NCBI GenBank assembly: GCA_003971905.1
Contig: RSEE01000009.1
Span: 496,001-560,000 of the forward strand
Length of the DNA: 64,000 bases
Direction of reading: 5' to 3'
From: Moniliella sp. 'wahieum'
Lineage: Eukaryota
The notes under the pieces were generated by a model that did not search any database, was not told the origin of the DNA, and saw nothing but the letters and a program-made list of their open reading frames with translations. The translations under genes and the position numbers were made by a program. Below, piece by piece: positions 13,282-25,499 of this stretch; position 1 is the stretch's first letter; each line of letters opens with the position of its first letter.

Positions 13282-16200
13282 ATGGCGGGCCTGCCGCCTC
13301 CGCCGGCTCTCCCCCCGGCCGCCCGAATACCGCGCAAGACCGAGGACGACCCGCCCTAGCCCCGACCAAGACGGACAACCCAAGCACCGCCTCAGCTTGC
13401 TGCGTCGTTTGAAGCTGCGCATGCTGTACGGCGCTATTCGCTATCTGAATTTCTTTCGCATCCACGTCATTGTGTTTGTCTTCGCGCCCCTCGTTGCCAG
13501 TGGCATTTTCTATGCTGCCAACGGCCAGGTCTTCATTCCCTACATCGACTGCCTCTTCCAATGCGTATCGGCCATGACAGTGACCGGCCTGACCACCATC
13601 AACGTGTCCCAGGCTACTGGTTTCCAGCAGAGCATTCTTTATGTTCTCATGTGGTGTGGTAACATCTCCACTGTCGGCTGTATCATGATCTTTGTCCGCC
13701 GCTATTTTTTCCGCAAGCGTTTTGAGCACCTTGTACGCCACGACCCCAAGATTCGCCGTCGCGCTCGCCGCATCCAGCGCCAGGTGTACAAGCAGCAGCA
13801 GGCTCAGGTGGCTCGAGTCCAGCGCTTCCTCGGCCGGCACAAGCATCACAATCGCGCCAACGCAGCGCGCAAGGGCAAGAACGAGCAAGAATCCAGTGAC
13901 GAGTCATCGTCTAATCTCGACTCATCACATCCTGCGCCGGGCGACATGCTTACAAAGAGTTCTTCCAGCCCTTCCGCACCTGGTGGCAACGAGACGCATC
14001 CTTTTCCTTCAGACCAGACGGATACCCGTCACTCTCCGTCCCCAGAATCAAGTGGCACAGCGGCCCAACTGACGATAAACACCCCGCGTCCTCCGCCGGC
14101 AACCAAAAAAAGTGGGGCCGCAAACCTGCTCTCACGACAGATATGGTCAAACGCGTTGAACAACCGGCTGTCAAGCTGGACAATCATGCGATCCCCGAGA
14201 ACGATGGCTTTCTGCGCCGCATCATCTCCCGCCATGGCTCCTCTGTAGATCAACCCAAAGAGGGCCAACACACTCATGGGCCCCATGCTGAGCGTCTCAA
14301 TCGGGACCCTACACGCCCACGGTTTGCGCCCCCGCCCGAGAGCGAGCTAGCCAACATCCCCGCGGAAATCCGTGCGCGGACTTGCAGTTAGCTGCCCTCA
14401 GGCAGATGAGGACGAGCCTGATCGGGGTCGTGGCCGCGGGCGACACCCCGCAACGAGTTCCCAGCCCCCCATTCTCATTCTCGCCGGGCATTCTCAACCA
14501 CGAATCAAGGGCGGGTACGCCAGAAGAACGGCGTATGCGCGTTCCCCGTCCGCCTCAAGGGAGAGGAAAGAACAGGAGTCATCCTGACTGCTTTCCGTGA
14601 GGGTGCTGCTCGTCATGCCCGGCAGGAAATGAAGCGAGAAAGGAAAGGGAGAGGCGCAACGTGTGGCGATAACTCTACCGCTACCTCTACGCCTGCTCGC
14701 ACTCCTCTCGAGGGAAGTCGTATTGCCACGCCCGAAGTCGTATATCCGTCCCAGCTTCCCACATGGACTTGCCACCTGAACTCTCTGGGCGTCGATGCGT
14801 GCCGAACCTCGGACAAATCTGCTCCCGCAGCTGCTGAAGAAGCACAACCTTCACCCCCTTCTCCCACGTCCCCTGGTACAGAACATGGACCTGCTTCATC
14901 GGATTTGTTAGCTGCACCCCCTCAAACATGGGAAGTGATGGACAGCCTCAAGTGCCTGCTTCCTCACCTCGTCTGTTTCCGGAACATACGTCAATTCGTT
15001 CAAGCCCAGCTTCTGCCTCCTAGGCTTAGAGGAAAATGACGAGAGGGATCCTGGTGCATACGGGATGCATGCGATGGGAAGACGCGGGTCGAGTCGCCAC
15101 TTTTGAATCCGTCGCGTCCCGATCCTCTGCGAGATGGCACGACGGATCTCCCTCTGCCCAGAGCGGTGGAGTGGACCTCCCCCGGCCTAGGGCGCGGGCA
15201 ATGTCTTCAGCTGACGTTGATAGTAGAACGGGTTCGTTCTCTACCTCGCCCCAGTACATCGCTTCCCCCGCTCTATGACTCGTTCCACCATGGCCGATCG
15301 GCGGACAAGGACTCTGGGTCCTGATATGCCTCGTACGCAGACCCAGCGTAGCCGAGACACACTTGGTACCCTGCCCCATACCGGGACGCGGATGACTTTC
15401 CCAGGACCCAGACGCAGCGGGAAGACTTTCCTCGTACCCAAACAATTGGCTTGCGGACAACACACAATTCATCCCCGAAGGATACACCACCAGTCTTTCT
15501 CGCCCCGTGGGCTCCGAGGCGGACAGCAACTGGCAGCTATTCCCGCACGCAGACGAACCGGTCGGGAATGAGGGAACGCACCCTTACAGGCCGTGCTAGG
15601 ACGAATCGGGACGGGTATGGAATGGACCCGACCAACACCATGCTGGATACGATGCAAACTGGCCTGGGGTTGGCCAACCTTGACCGATTTTGGCATGTAC
15701 CTCTACCGCCGCTTGAAGCCCTCCATTCTGCGGGACAACATGCCTCGCTTTAACACCACCATTACCTCCACGTATTCCAAGGACCGGACGAAGGAGACGG
15801 CGCTCCTCCCTCTGGACCGGCTAGGGACTACTTTTCCTTTGATGTACTTGTATCGCGCAACAGCCGCTTCCACCACCTCACCGAAGCTCAACGAGAAAAC
15901 TCGGGGGCGTGGAGTATCGTGCACTTGATTTACTGAGCAAATTGGTCCCGATGTATATTCTCGGTGTCAATTTCCTGTGCATTATCCTGGTTGCACCCTA
16001 TGCCGCAAATCGGAGCGCATTCCACAAGTACATCCCGGTCTTTGAGAGTCAGAGCCCATATCCCCCAACCGGGTTTGGTGGGTCTTCTTTAACTCGATTT
16101 CTGCCTACTCCAACTCGGGCATGTCGCTCATTGACACATCCTTTCAAACATGCAAGATGCGTACCTGCCCCTGGCCTGCATCGCCTTCCTTATCCTCGCA

Positions 16201-17521
16201 GGCAACACGGCGTTCCCTATATTTCTGCGCATCTTTATATGGATTTGTTCTAGATTGGTCCCCCGGCGCAGCAGGGTCCATGAGTCGCTGATGTTTCTCC
16301 TCGACCACCCCACGCCGATGCTTTGTATTCTGTTCCCGGCGCCACAACTTGGTTCCTCATCTTGACTCTTCTAAGTCTCAAGTGCGTCCTTCCCCCCTCC
16401 CGTGTGCATGTTACTGACCAAGATAACTCACCAGCTTCACAGATTGGGTGTGCTTCCTCGTACTTGACTTGGGCAACCCAGTCATCATGACCATTTCCAA
16501 GGGTCAGCGTGTATTTGACGGGCTGTTTCAGGCGATTGCCGTCCGTGCCGCAGGTTCCAAGTTGTGTCGGTGTTGCGCCTGGCGCCGGCGGTCCAGGTGC
16601 TGTATACGGTCATGATGTACCTTGCTGCGTTTCCAATCGCCATGTCGGTGCGATCAACGAATGTGTATGAGGAGCGGTCGTTGGCGTATTTCATGACGAA
16701 TCGGACGACGATGATCCTGGGGACGACCGCTTCCGTGGTCGAGTCGTGCTGACGGCCGGAGGCGCGGATGGTCGTCGTATCTTCTTCACCATGCCCGGAA
16801 ACAGTTATCTTTTGACCTATGGTGCTTGCCTTCTCCCTTTGGTTGCTGTGCATCGTGGAGAAGCATCAGCTGGAGCGGGAAGACAACCAGTCGTGGTTCA
16901 CCGTCTTTTCTTGTTTATTTGAGCTCACCTCAGCCTATGGCACTGTTGGGCTCTCGAGGGCACCCCAGTGGACGACTTTTCGCTTTCGGGCCGGTTCAAC
17001 GTCTTGGGGAAATTGGTCGTGATTGCCGTCATGCTGCGTGGGCGGCACCGTGTCTCCCCGTGGCTATTGACCGTGCCATCATGCTTCCTGACGACCTTGA
17101 GCCGGCCGATGCTGAGGTGCTGACGCCTTCGCTTGGGCCCGAGTCGGACGAGTGGGAGGACGAACGTGAAAACTTGACCAACGCGGATGAGGACACGGGG
17201 GACCCAGGCGGGGTGCGGCATCATGATTACAGTATGCGACCCGAGTCGGTGCAGGGGTATGATGTCGGTACCCCTCCCCTACCTGATCGGCCCACCTCCA
17301 CCAGCCCCCTTTCGGTCCCCCCGGGTCATTCGGCAGATCCATCCCATACGGCGGGTCCGGACCAAGCTCATTCCAGCCTACCTAACCAGTGCGATCCCAC
17401 CCCCCTCCCTGCCCCCTGCGGAATCGGTGCGGGAGGAAGGTCCGTGTATGACACCCTTCTCCCTCCCTCTCCACATCTTTCCGGCGAGGAAAGCTTCCGC
17501 CCGCAGCGCATGCATCCTTAA
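13282..17521 (+). CDS. TRK1: Trk-family K+ transporter with a long low-complexity cytoplasmic loop; frameshifted, at least one intron
   Basis: LNFFRIH, YIDCLFQCVSAMTVTGL, IFVRRYFFRKRF, GGVEYRALDLL, SAYSNSGMSL, LILAGNTAFP, AVRAAGF, VMMYLAAFPIAMSVRSTNVYEERSL, FELTSAYGTVGLS, RGRHR..LPVAIDRAIMLP. Confidence 0.93.
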
Positions 17522-18076
17522 TTTCTCCTTATGTATACCTTTTTGTTCACCAATATCACAAAGTTTCGTTGCGCATCCTGGATCGCCATTCTCTGCTCGT
17601 CACTGCACTTTCTACTCTCCCCCTCATCCCGTTTCGAATTCCAACCCCAAATCGCCTCCTGGTCTGCGTTGCACGGGCCACTCTCCCCCTTCCCCCCCAT
17701 CCTCCAGCCCTTTGATAACGTTGGCACGCATCTGTAATGGCAGCCTCTCCAACGAACCATTTCATCACCGCATACAAATGGTTCAAAGTAGAAGGCGAGC
17801 CGAAAAAAAGGCGAATGTGTTCTCGGCAAAGAGAGAGGACTTCACTACCACAGATGATTGATGAGACCAGCTACCCCATTGACGCTTTTCAAGCTTCAGA
17901 GAGTTAAGGTGTTGCGAGTAATTCATCCGGTACCAGGTACCCCCCCCGTTCCGTCCGCCTTTTCCCGACACTGGCCTTCTCCTTACGCAAAAACGATGTT
18001 CAACGTGCTCAACTTGATCGTTCAGAAAACCTGGCAATGTCAACATGTCACATGTCAACACGCGAAGAAAACTATA

Positions 18077-18793
18077 TCCCTAGATCACGTCCATTTCATT
18101 GATAGAGCTTAAGGCTGGGACAGGGGGAACGCTACGTCTAGACCTAACCGTTCATCTTGCGGGGTTACTTGAAGCGCCACCAAGGTTAAGGAACCAGCGG
18201 GATCGCCAGGATATCAGGACCCTCCGGTGGTCGCCACATACGCAAAAAGGAATGGCCTGCCACTTTTACATCAGCCTGCCCCGTGCCACGTTCCACGCCC
18301 CCTGCAGCCAGCAAGCATCGGTTATATTATTTCTCTACTAGAGGACCACCCGGCCTACGGCCCGGTATGCGTACTCCTCATGCTTTTACGTGCGTCTGTG
18401 CTGAAGGGCTGGGGCTTCGCCCCAGCCTTCCTCCGTTTGGTTGCGAACACCCACGGCCATCTTTCCCCCCTGGTCCACCGTTCCATAGGTCTCTTTCCCC
18501 ACTCATCCCCGCTGTCCACCGGTCCCGCGTCAACAGAGCTCCAGCACGCGACAGGGAACCGTCCCAAAGCAGGGGGATGGTAGGGTTAGGTGGATTTATA
18601 ACCCATGTGTGGTGCTGAGGCGAGTGGCTGGGCTGCACGTGCTATTAGGTCAGAACTTGGCATCGAGCTCTCTGTTTTATTAAAGGGGATGTCGTGTTGG
18701 CGACGGTAGAACGGTGGCTACGGTGGCGAGGGGGAACGGTGGCTAAGGTGGCGACGCAGCACAGCTGGGGCGTAGGCCCGGTGGTCCTCCTTG
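18077..18793 (+). mobile_element. Non-autonomous Helitron-like element (copy 1), interrupted by a nested element
   Basis: Starts A|TCCCTAG; about 250 bp is shared with 22933-23195; GGAACGGTGG-type subterminal repeats; GC hairpin GGGGCGTAGGCCC followed by GGTGGTCCTC-CTTG|T; no TSD. Confidence 0.65.
18338..18689 (-). mobile_element. Complete 352-bp non-autonomous Helitron nested in antisense
   Basis: Minus strand reads A|TCCCCTTTAATAAAACAGAGAGCT ... hairpin CCGGGCCGTAGGCCGG-GTGGTCCT-CTAG|T. These are canonical TC/CTAG termini inserted between A and T with no TSD. An internal 9-bp perfect stem GGCTGGGGC-TTC-GCCCCAGCC lies near 18407-18427. Confidence 0.75.
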
Positions 18794-20135
18794 TAATGTA
18801 CTAACGCGTTCTGCGTTCCTTACGTACTACCTGTCAACATGTCAACGATCAGTGCGATCAGCGTACGTTCACGTTCAACGCGCGTTCAGCACGCATGAAA
18901 ACTACGTACTAATGCATAACGTACTACTCCTGCTACTCCCGTACTCGGTACCCCACAGGGCCTCGTGACGAACCGTGATTGTGACGACAGGTAGCCTGTG
19001 ACATTGTGACATGAGAAGCATTTGAAGAGCTACGATAACAAACATCAGGTGTTTCTCCTGTCACGTCAGGGCGACAGGCATCAGGCCCCTCAGGCCTTTG
19101 CGGCCTATCTCTCATTTGTCCATCTCAGAACATAGTCTCAGTTCCCAGGTTTAGAATTTAGGGGGGCCATGTCAGCGACAGGTGATATGCATGAGTTACA
19201 TTGTGACATGTGATATGTGATGTGAGCACGACAGGCCCTGAGGCTGTACATGCGCTCGGGCATCTGGCGCCAAGGCCGGCACAGGCCTTGGCACACATCC
19301 GATGTGTCAGACTCGGACAGACCCATCTAGGCCCTATGCGTGCCGCGGGCTCCGTGGCTTCACAAGCACAATCTCCCCCATACGTGTTCATGTGGTGCAG
19401 TAACTGGAACGGGTTGCATCATGTGCGTCATACATACAAGCGCGCTGTGGTGTTACATGTTGCGTGCATGTAACATATGCATGTAACATGATGTTAAGCC
19501 TTGCGCGTTATATAGGCCTTAGGCCTTAGTGGCACAACTAGGTACTAGTTCATAGCTACTGGTTGTAGTTACTAGTTACTAGTTGCTAATTACTAGTTAC
19601 CAGTTGTAGTTACTAATAGTTACCAGTTCCATACACCTCGGAGAACTGTGTTGCAGACTTTAACAAAAAAACTTAACACAGGGGCAGGAGCACGAACAAA
19701 AAAACGCTGCGTCTATGAGGCTCGCTCAGCGCGCTCAGCGCCACCTGCGCGCACGCTCCCAGCTCGAGGTCCCATCCCAAAATCAGGAGGTCAACACGGC
19801 TTACCGCCAAGCTAGGCCCATCTGCCCCCCCCCCCTCCCGGTCATTCGTTTCCAAACTGGATGTAGTGTGCAGCAACTACTGCATCATTAGCATTGCCAA
19901 AAAACGTGATGAGCAAAAAAGAACCTGAGAGGCACACTGCCAAATGCTAGGCTCGCTCATGACATCTGTCCAACTATAGAGGTGAAAATGAAGTGCACGT
20001 CACAACGGACAACATTGTCATGCATATGTGTACATGGGGGGACTCGGAAAAGGTGACGCGAAATCTCGAAGCCTCAACAAATGCAGTGGATCATTTGTAA
20101 AAGCACACAATCGTGCCCACGTACGAGACAGCACA

Positions 20136-21299
20136 TCACGATTGCTGATTGTTGCTGCTTGGTTGGTTAGTGGGACACAATTCAACATTATTTTGCTGTT
20201 GGAATGAAGGCCAGAACGACTGATGAGGATGAGGAGATAGAGGAGGCTGCGAAACTGGATGACCATCAGCCCAGGGGTGATGTCCGCCGCCCTGGCAGTT
20301 GCCGGGAACGCCGGTGCCGGTGTTAAAGGTGTGGTTGAGGCAGGAAGGATGTCTCTGTGTACGAGGCCGGGGTGAGCTGGTCAAGTGCGGGCCTGCTGTG
20401 AATGGGGGCGAGTCATGGCTGTGGGGCCAGCGATTGTTCAAAGATGATCCGATCTGCGATACGGGAAGATCGGTGTTAAATAATTTGGCCTCTGATTCCT
20501 CAGACCCTTGAGGTAATCCGAACGGCAGTTGGTATCCAGCATTATCTCCTGGAACAAACACCAGGCGGCCAGTAGAGTTGATATACGACGTAGATACTCG
20601 AGACAACTCCGTATACTCGTGACATAGCCCATTCGTCACATGCCCATCCTCAGTCGGTTGCCCAGTGGGCTCGTAGCCCGAATGCAGAGAGAGACAAGAT
20701 GATGGAAATATCCTCCCTGTTGGGCGCATATCTGGGGGGCTGAGTGATGTACCATCCTGGTGGGATGTAGGTGCTTGGTTCATTCGAAGGGAACGTTCCG
20801 ATGCCGTTGCGAAATATGCGTTGTTCGCCACCGGAACCGGCTCCTGGCAACGGAGCATGAAGCTCAAAACAAAGCTCCTCCTCTTGGGTCCGATGTCCCA
20901 TTCGACCGTTCAGCTCATCAGTTCGAACGTCAGTCATTGATATCGGGACCCCGATCAACCTGTTGGGGTTGGACCAGAAGATGGTGCCAGTGGATTGTCC
21001 TGGAGAGTGGTTTGGCGCTGCTCGTACACTCGCTCCATTGTAATCTGCTGCGGTTGGCGCTGAAGGCGCTGATGCGTGGCCTGCAGTGTCGCCCGCAAAT
21101 TGGTGTTCTCTTGTCGCAGTTCTCTCACTGTGTCTGTAGAGGGAGAGGGGCTGTTAGCGTAACGCTGCGCACCTGTGTGGAGATTACGCTTACTTTCGAG
21201 ATCAGCAATGTACTTCCTTCGGCGCTCCCGGAACGCACGCTGCACCTCCAAGGCGCGAGTAGGGGCAACATCACTTCGAGGTCGGCGTCCACGAGCCAT
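20136..21299 (-). CDS. bZIP-like transcription factor with an atypical basic region; frameshifted
   Basis: MARGRRPRSDVAPTRALEVQRAFRERRRKYIADLESK ... VRELRQENTNLRATLQ: basic region plus heptad leucines, followed by a Pro/Ser/Thr/Gln-rich tail. Confidence 0.7.
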
Positions 21300-22626
21300 T
21301 GGAGCTGGTCTTTTCGGTGGTGGCGGGGCTGGTCTTTTTCGATAGTATAGTGCAACGGGGTTTTCAGTGGTGGCGGAGCTGGGCTATTTCGGTGGTATGG
21401 TGTAACGGGGTTTCGGTGGTGGCGGAGTTGGTGGATGTGACGGTCTTGAGGAAGGTTGCGGGCGGAGTGGTGGCGACAGGAGTCGGAAGAATGAAAAACT
21501 GTGGTGGGGCTTGGCCAGGAGGGGGTCTGGCCTAGAGTTTTGCATGACTTTCGACGTACTTCGCAACATGCTTTTGACATTTGACATGTGACACACTACT
21601 GCGGCACGTTTGGTAACATGTAACAGCGCATTATACACACACGAGGTAGCTAAGCTGCCAATATCGAACAGGCCTGCATTTTCCGGAACCCCCGCCCGCA
21701 AATGTGGAAGCTAGTGGGCTGTCTAAGGCGGAATTGCCAATTTGTGCAGTTTTGCGACTTTCTGGACATCTTCGGTTGAAACACGGCGCGGGCCCGAGTC
21801 CCGACTTATCCTGCTGCAGGGTCTTTGTAGGTCGGGATAGGGTCCACCCACTCCTTCGGAAGGGTTTGAAGCTTAAAGCTTGAAGAGCTTGAAGGCGGTT
21901 GCGATATGCTAGCTCCAAGCCTCAGCGCTTCCAGCGCTCACGCTTAGTACTTAGTAACGTCCAATGTTACCGTTTAGCTAATGTAACCCTATCGCCGACA
22001 TCACATATCATCGATCACTGAGTCTCCGCGTCATCGATTCCCTAGTCACTAGTCCCGACTAACTCATCGATCACCAATTAAATTAATGACTTCTGGCGAC
22101 GCAGGCCGCGTGAAAAGGGTGAGATGCTGGTGCTGGGGACAAGGGGTTGCGCGGTTGCAGAAGAAAGAACATGTCTGGAGGAGGCTTGGGGAGGCACTGG
22201 AGGGGCCGGGATTGAAAGGAGGCAAAGAGGCTGCTCAGCGAGGGGTAGGCACTCTATCGTCCCCGCACACTGCATTCTGAACATGGAACATGGCCCAGGT
22301 CGACGATCGTGTGACTTGCAGCTGCGCCGGCTTATATTTTGGGCCTTTTTGGTCCCAGTTCTCTTCCCTCCAGTGGACAAGGTGGCAGGCAGATCATGCA
22401 TGTCACATGTCATGCATCATGGATGTTGTTACAGGTAGCTAATACTAGGTGACCGGTGACCGGTGACCGACGGTAAGCTAATAAAATCTCTTGTATCGCG
22501 AGTCGTGTCCGAATGAGCGCGTAAGCATGTGGGTTATAGAGGCGTGTGAGCTGTGGCTGTGACATGTGACATGTGAGTACGAGGACTACTACAACCTGCC
22601 GTAGCTCTCACCATAATAGTCACTGG

Positions 22627-22668
22627 AGATCTTAGATCTTAGATCTTAGATCTTAGATCTTAGATCTT
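22627..22668. repeat. Tandem heptamer array (AGATCTT)x6
   Basis: Six perfect copies read directly from the sequence. Confidence 0.95.
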
Positions 22669-22932
22669 ATTGCACTGAGTCAGTGTGCAGCCCCCCAGCG
22701 TTCAAACAGAGAGGTGCGTGGGTGCGTGAGCGCGCCCCGAGCGCCTCTGCATGGCATATGGGCAAGTAACAGTATAGTACTGAAACTAATACCGGAACCA
22801 TCGTGTGTGGCAGCCGAAGTATATTCCGACATCAGTACCTATTTTGAGAGCCTGAGGCTGAGGCGCAGAAGCCTGAGCCTGTTGGCGCTGTAGTAGAGGG
22901 GGGGCGTACAGAAATCGAACTACTGACATCCA

Positions 22933-23369
22933 TCTCTATCTCTATGTTGCGTCCATTTCATTGACAGAGCTGAAGGCTGGGACAGGGAAACGCTACGTCT
23001 AAACCGAACCGTTCATCTTGCGGGGGTTATTTGGAGGCGCCACTAAGGTCAAGGAACCAGGAGGCTCGCCAGGATATCAGGACCCTCCGGTGTGGTCGCC
23101 ACATACGCAAAAAGGAATGGCCTGCCACTTTTACATCAGCCTGTCCCGTGCCACGTTCCACGCCACCCACTGCCAGCAAGCATCGGTGATATTATTCCGT
23201 TTTTCCAGCGTGGAAGGGTTGGCCGGGGAACGGTGGCTAAGGTGGCGGCGGTGGAACGGTGGTTACGGTGGCGATGGTGGGCCGTGGAACGGTGACTAAG
23301 GTGGCGACCAAGTACCAAGCTGGGGCGAAGCCTAGGCTGACCGCGGGCCGTAGCCCGGTGGTCTCCTCG
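22933..23369 (+). mobile_element. Non-autonomous Helitron-like element (copy 2)
   Basis: Starts A|TCTCTATCTCTATG (start ambiguous by about 6 nt); homologous to 18077-18330; several GGAACGGTGGCTAAGGTGGCG-like repeats; hairpin GACCGCGGGCCGTAGCCCGGTGGTC then CTCG|T; no TSD. Confidence 0.65.
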
Positions 23370-24191
23370 TGTCATCAATAAACATCTTTCGTTCTGCATG
23401 ACGTGTCTGAGACTGGAGAAGACTGGAGAAGCGCTTCGCCCTCGTCCAACAGCCTCGTGTGGGGACCCGCGGTCCCGTACATAGGCCAAGGCGCCTTATC
23501 ACCCTTTTCCCCTTATTTGACCTCCGAAGCCTCCTCCACCTGTATACTCAGGCTTGTTTGAACCCCTGTCTCCTCTACTTGTGGCATAAGGCTTAGACCC
23601 ACAACCACCACCACCGAGATTGCATTGCTCTACACATTTCCAGAGGTTCATCACCCAACCCCCTTTGGGTTCCTCCGGTCTTACATCTCGCGCCCTCAAA
23701 ACCGACGTTCGGCTGGGATGCACCTCACACGTCCTGTCAGGAGACGGAGATGGGGGAAAGGGTGCAGATGGATTGCATACATTTATGGACGCAGAGGAGG
23801 TATATGACCTCCTCAGGAAGGGGGCACAGTCGAGAGGTGGACACAGGATCTCCCAACTGATAGGAATCACGCCATAGTGCCCATACGGGCCTAGTGGGCA
23901 AGGGCCCCCTAGCACGGTGTGATTCTGACACGTCCTCATTCCTCCAGCTATTTAGACGCCAACAATGGGTTGTCAGCACGACATCCGAACCTTATCGGTT
24001 TCTGTTCATTGGTTGAAGAGCCATAAGATCAACACTAAGCCTTAGTTGTTAGAGGGTACTGCTAGGGTTCTCCTGCGCGGCCCTCAATGGATCGGTGACG
24101 CTCGCCTAGCCGAGCGGAAGCGTTCCGCTCGCAGGCCGCGCACGCCCTGCTCGCTCCATCTCCCTTCTCTCTCTCCTTTCTCCTTCCCTTC

Positions 24192-24345
24192 AGACGTTGC
24201 TTGAAGACTTGTGGCTCACCACTTTGCCTTCACGCCTTGTCTGAAGGTACGCCTCTGCTTCCTTTCTTGCCCTGTTGCTCCTCACAATGAGACGTTGCTT
24301 GAAGACTTGTGGCTCACCACTTTGCCTTCACGCCTTGTCTGAAGG
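24192..24345. repeat. 56-bp perfect direct repeat (24192-24247 and 24290-24345)
   Basis: AGACGTTGCTTGAAGACTTGTGGCTCACCACTTTGCCTTCACGCCTTGTCTGAAGG occurs twice, 42 bp apart. Confidence 0.9.
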
Positions 24346-24781
24346 CTGCTTTGCAGCTGATCCATAGGATCGCGAGTGCTCCCAAGTCGCACTCTAGCAT
24401 TAGTTTGGTGGACGAGGAGAGCGACGAGCTCTTTTGTTAATATGTTGTTCATTTTTTCGAATGGCATCACAACTTTTTCCCTGTTCTGTTAGTGGCGTAT
24501 TGTATTCCCTCTTCATTATTGGGGGGATACGACATGTTTTGGGTGCGACCAAAATGCTTGGCATTCCCCTGACAATCCACCCTTTTCTAGAAGAGAACAT
24601 TCCAGCAGAGACGCGCCCTATCTCTATGAATACTCTCTTTGCAGTATACAGAGGCTATAATAATAGTAAAGACGTCCCCCTGAAAAGGCAGCATGGTCTC
24701 TACCGTAGAAGGGGTTTAAGGTTTAATTCGTGGGTCTGAGGAGCACACAGGTGGTGCCGGTGACGAACTACGCCCGAGTGG

Positions 24782-25449
24782 TGTAACAGGGAGAGGCACC
24801 TAGAGCAAATGCAAAGGCAACCAGAGTAATCTGAGAAGAGTCAAGAGAGAGGATATGGAGTCGGATAGAGTAGAAGTCTGTGTCATGGGGGGGGGGGCGA
24901 GGTGGGACACACACCCCTGTGGTTTAAGCCACCCCTGTAGTTTAAGCCACACCTGTAGTTTAAGGGTACAAACCCTTGGGCGGCCAATCGGAGCCACGTA
25001 CGGTATGTTCAGCCTCAGACACTGTGGTCGAACCGAACGGGTGTAGGCAAGGCAGAGACCTTCTAGTTTGGGTGGCTTCCTGCAAAGACCACACAGAGAC
25101 CCTCCGAGGTAGGAGCAGCATACGTAGGTCGTCAGACCCGTTGAAGGGTCTAGGAACAGGCCCCGGGACAATGTGGTTTACCTGGGGCGTTACCACACTC
25201 GATGCGCTGTAATAATAAGCAGAATCAAACGCAGTCCTAACGAAGAGCAAGCGCAGCGCTACTGAGAGTAGTCGCGGCTTGCAGTGTAACCGACGTGAGC
25301 CACTAATTCGTATTGAGGATGGTAGAAGGTGGAAGGGCGAGAGAGGAGAATATAGAAGGTTGGAACAGGGTCAGGGTGCTCGATAAGGACCACAGCTACC
25401 AAGCCTGAGACAGAGCTACATATATACAGAAGTGAAGTTCCTCATGACA
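24782..25449 (-). mobile_element. One or two LTR-like remnants (about 24782-25197 and 25208-25449)
   Basis: Minus strand segments TGTCATGAG..TATATA..CT-rich..AATAC..TATTACA and TGTGGTAACGCCCC..CCCTGTTACA have TG..CA termini; an internal 18-bp tandem repeat lies at about 24912-24965. No matching TSD, PBS or PPT found. Confidence 0.35.
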
Positions 25450-25499
25450 GGTATAAACAGAATGTGAGGAACTTTCCAGAGAGGTAAAAACTAATACGC

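Noticed and set aside
18341..18789. MITE with about 23-bp terminal inverted repeats
   Set aside because: There is no TSD, and the inverted similarity is better explained by two related Helitron 3' ends in opposite orientation, each with its own A|TC start.
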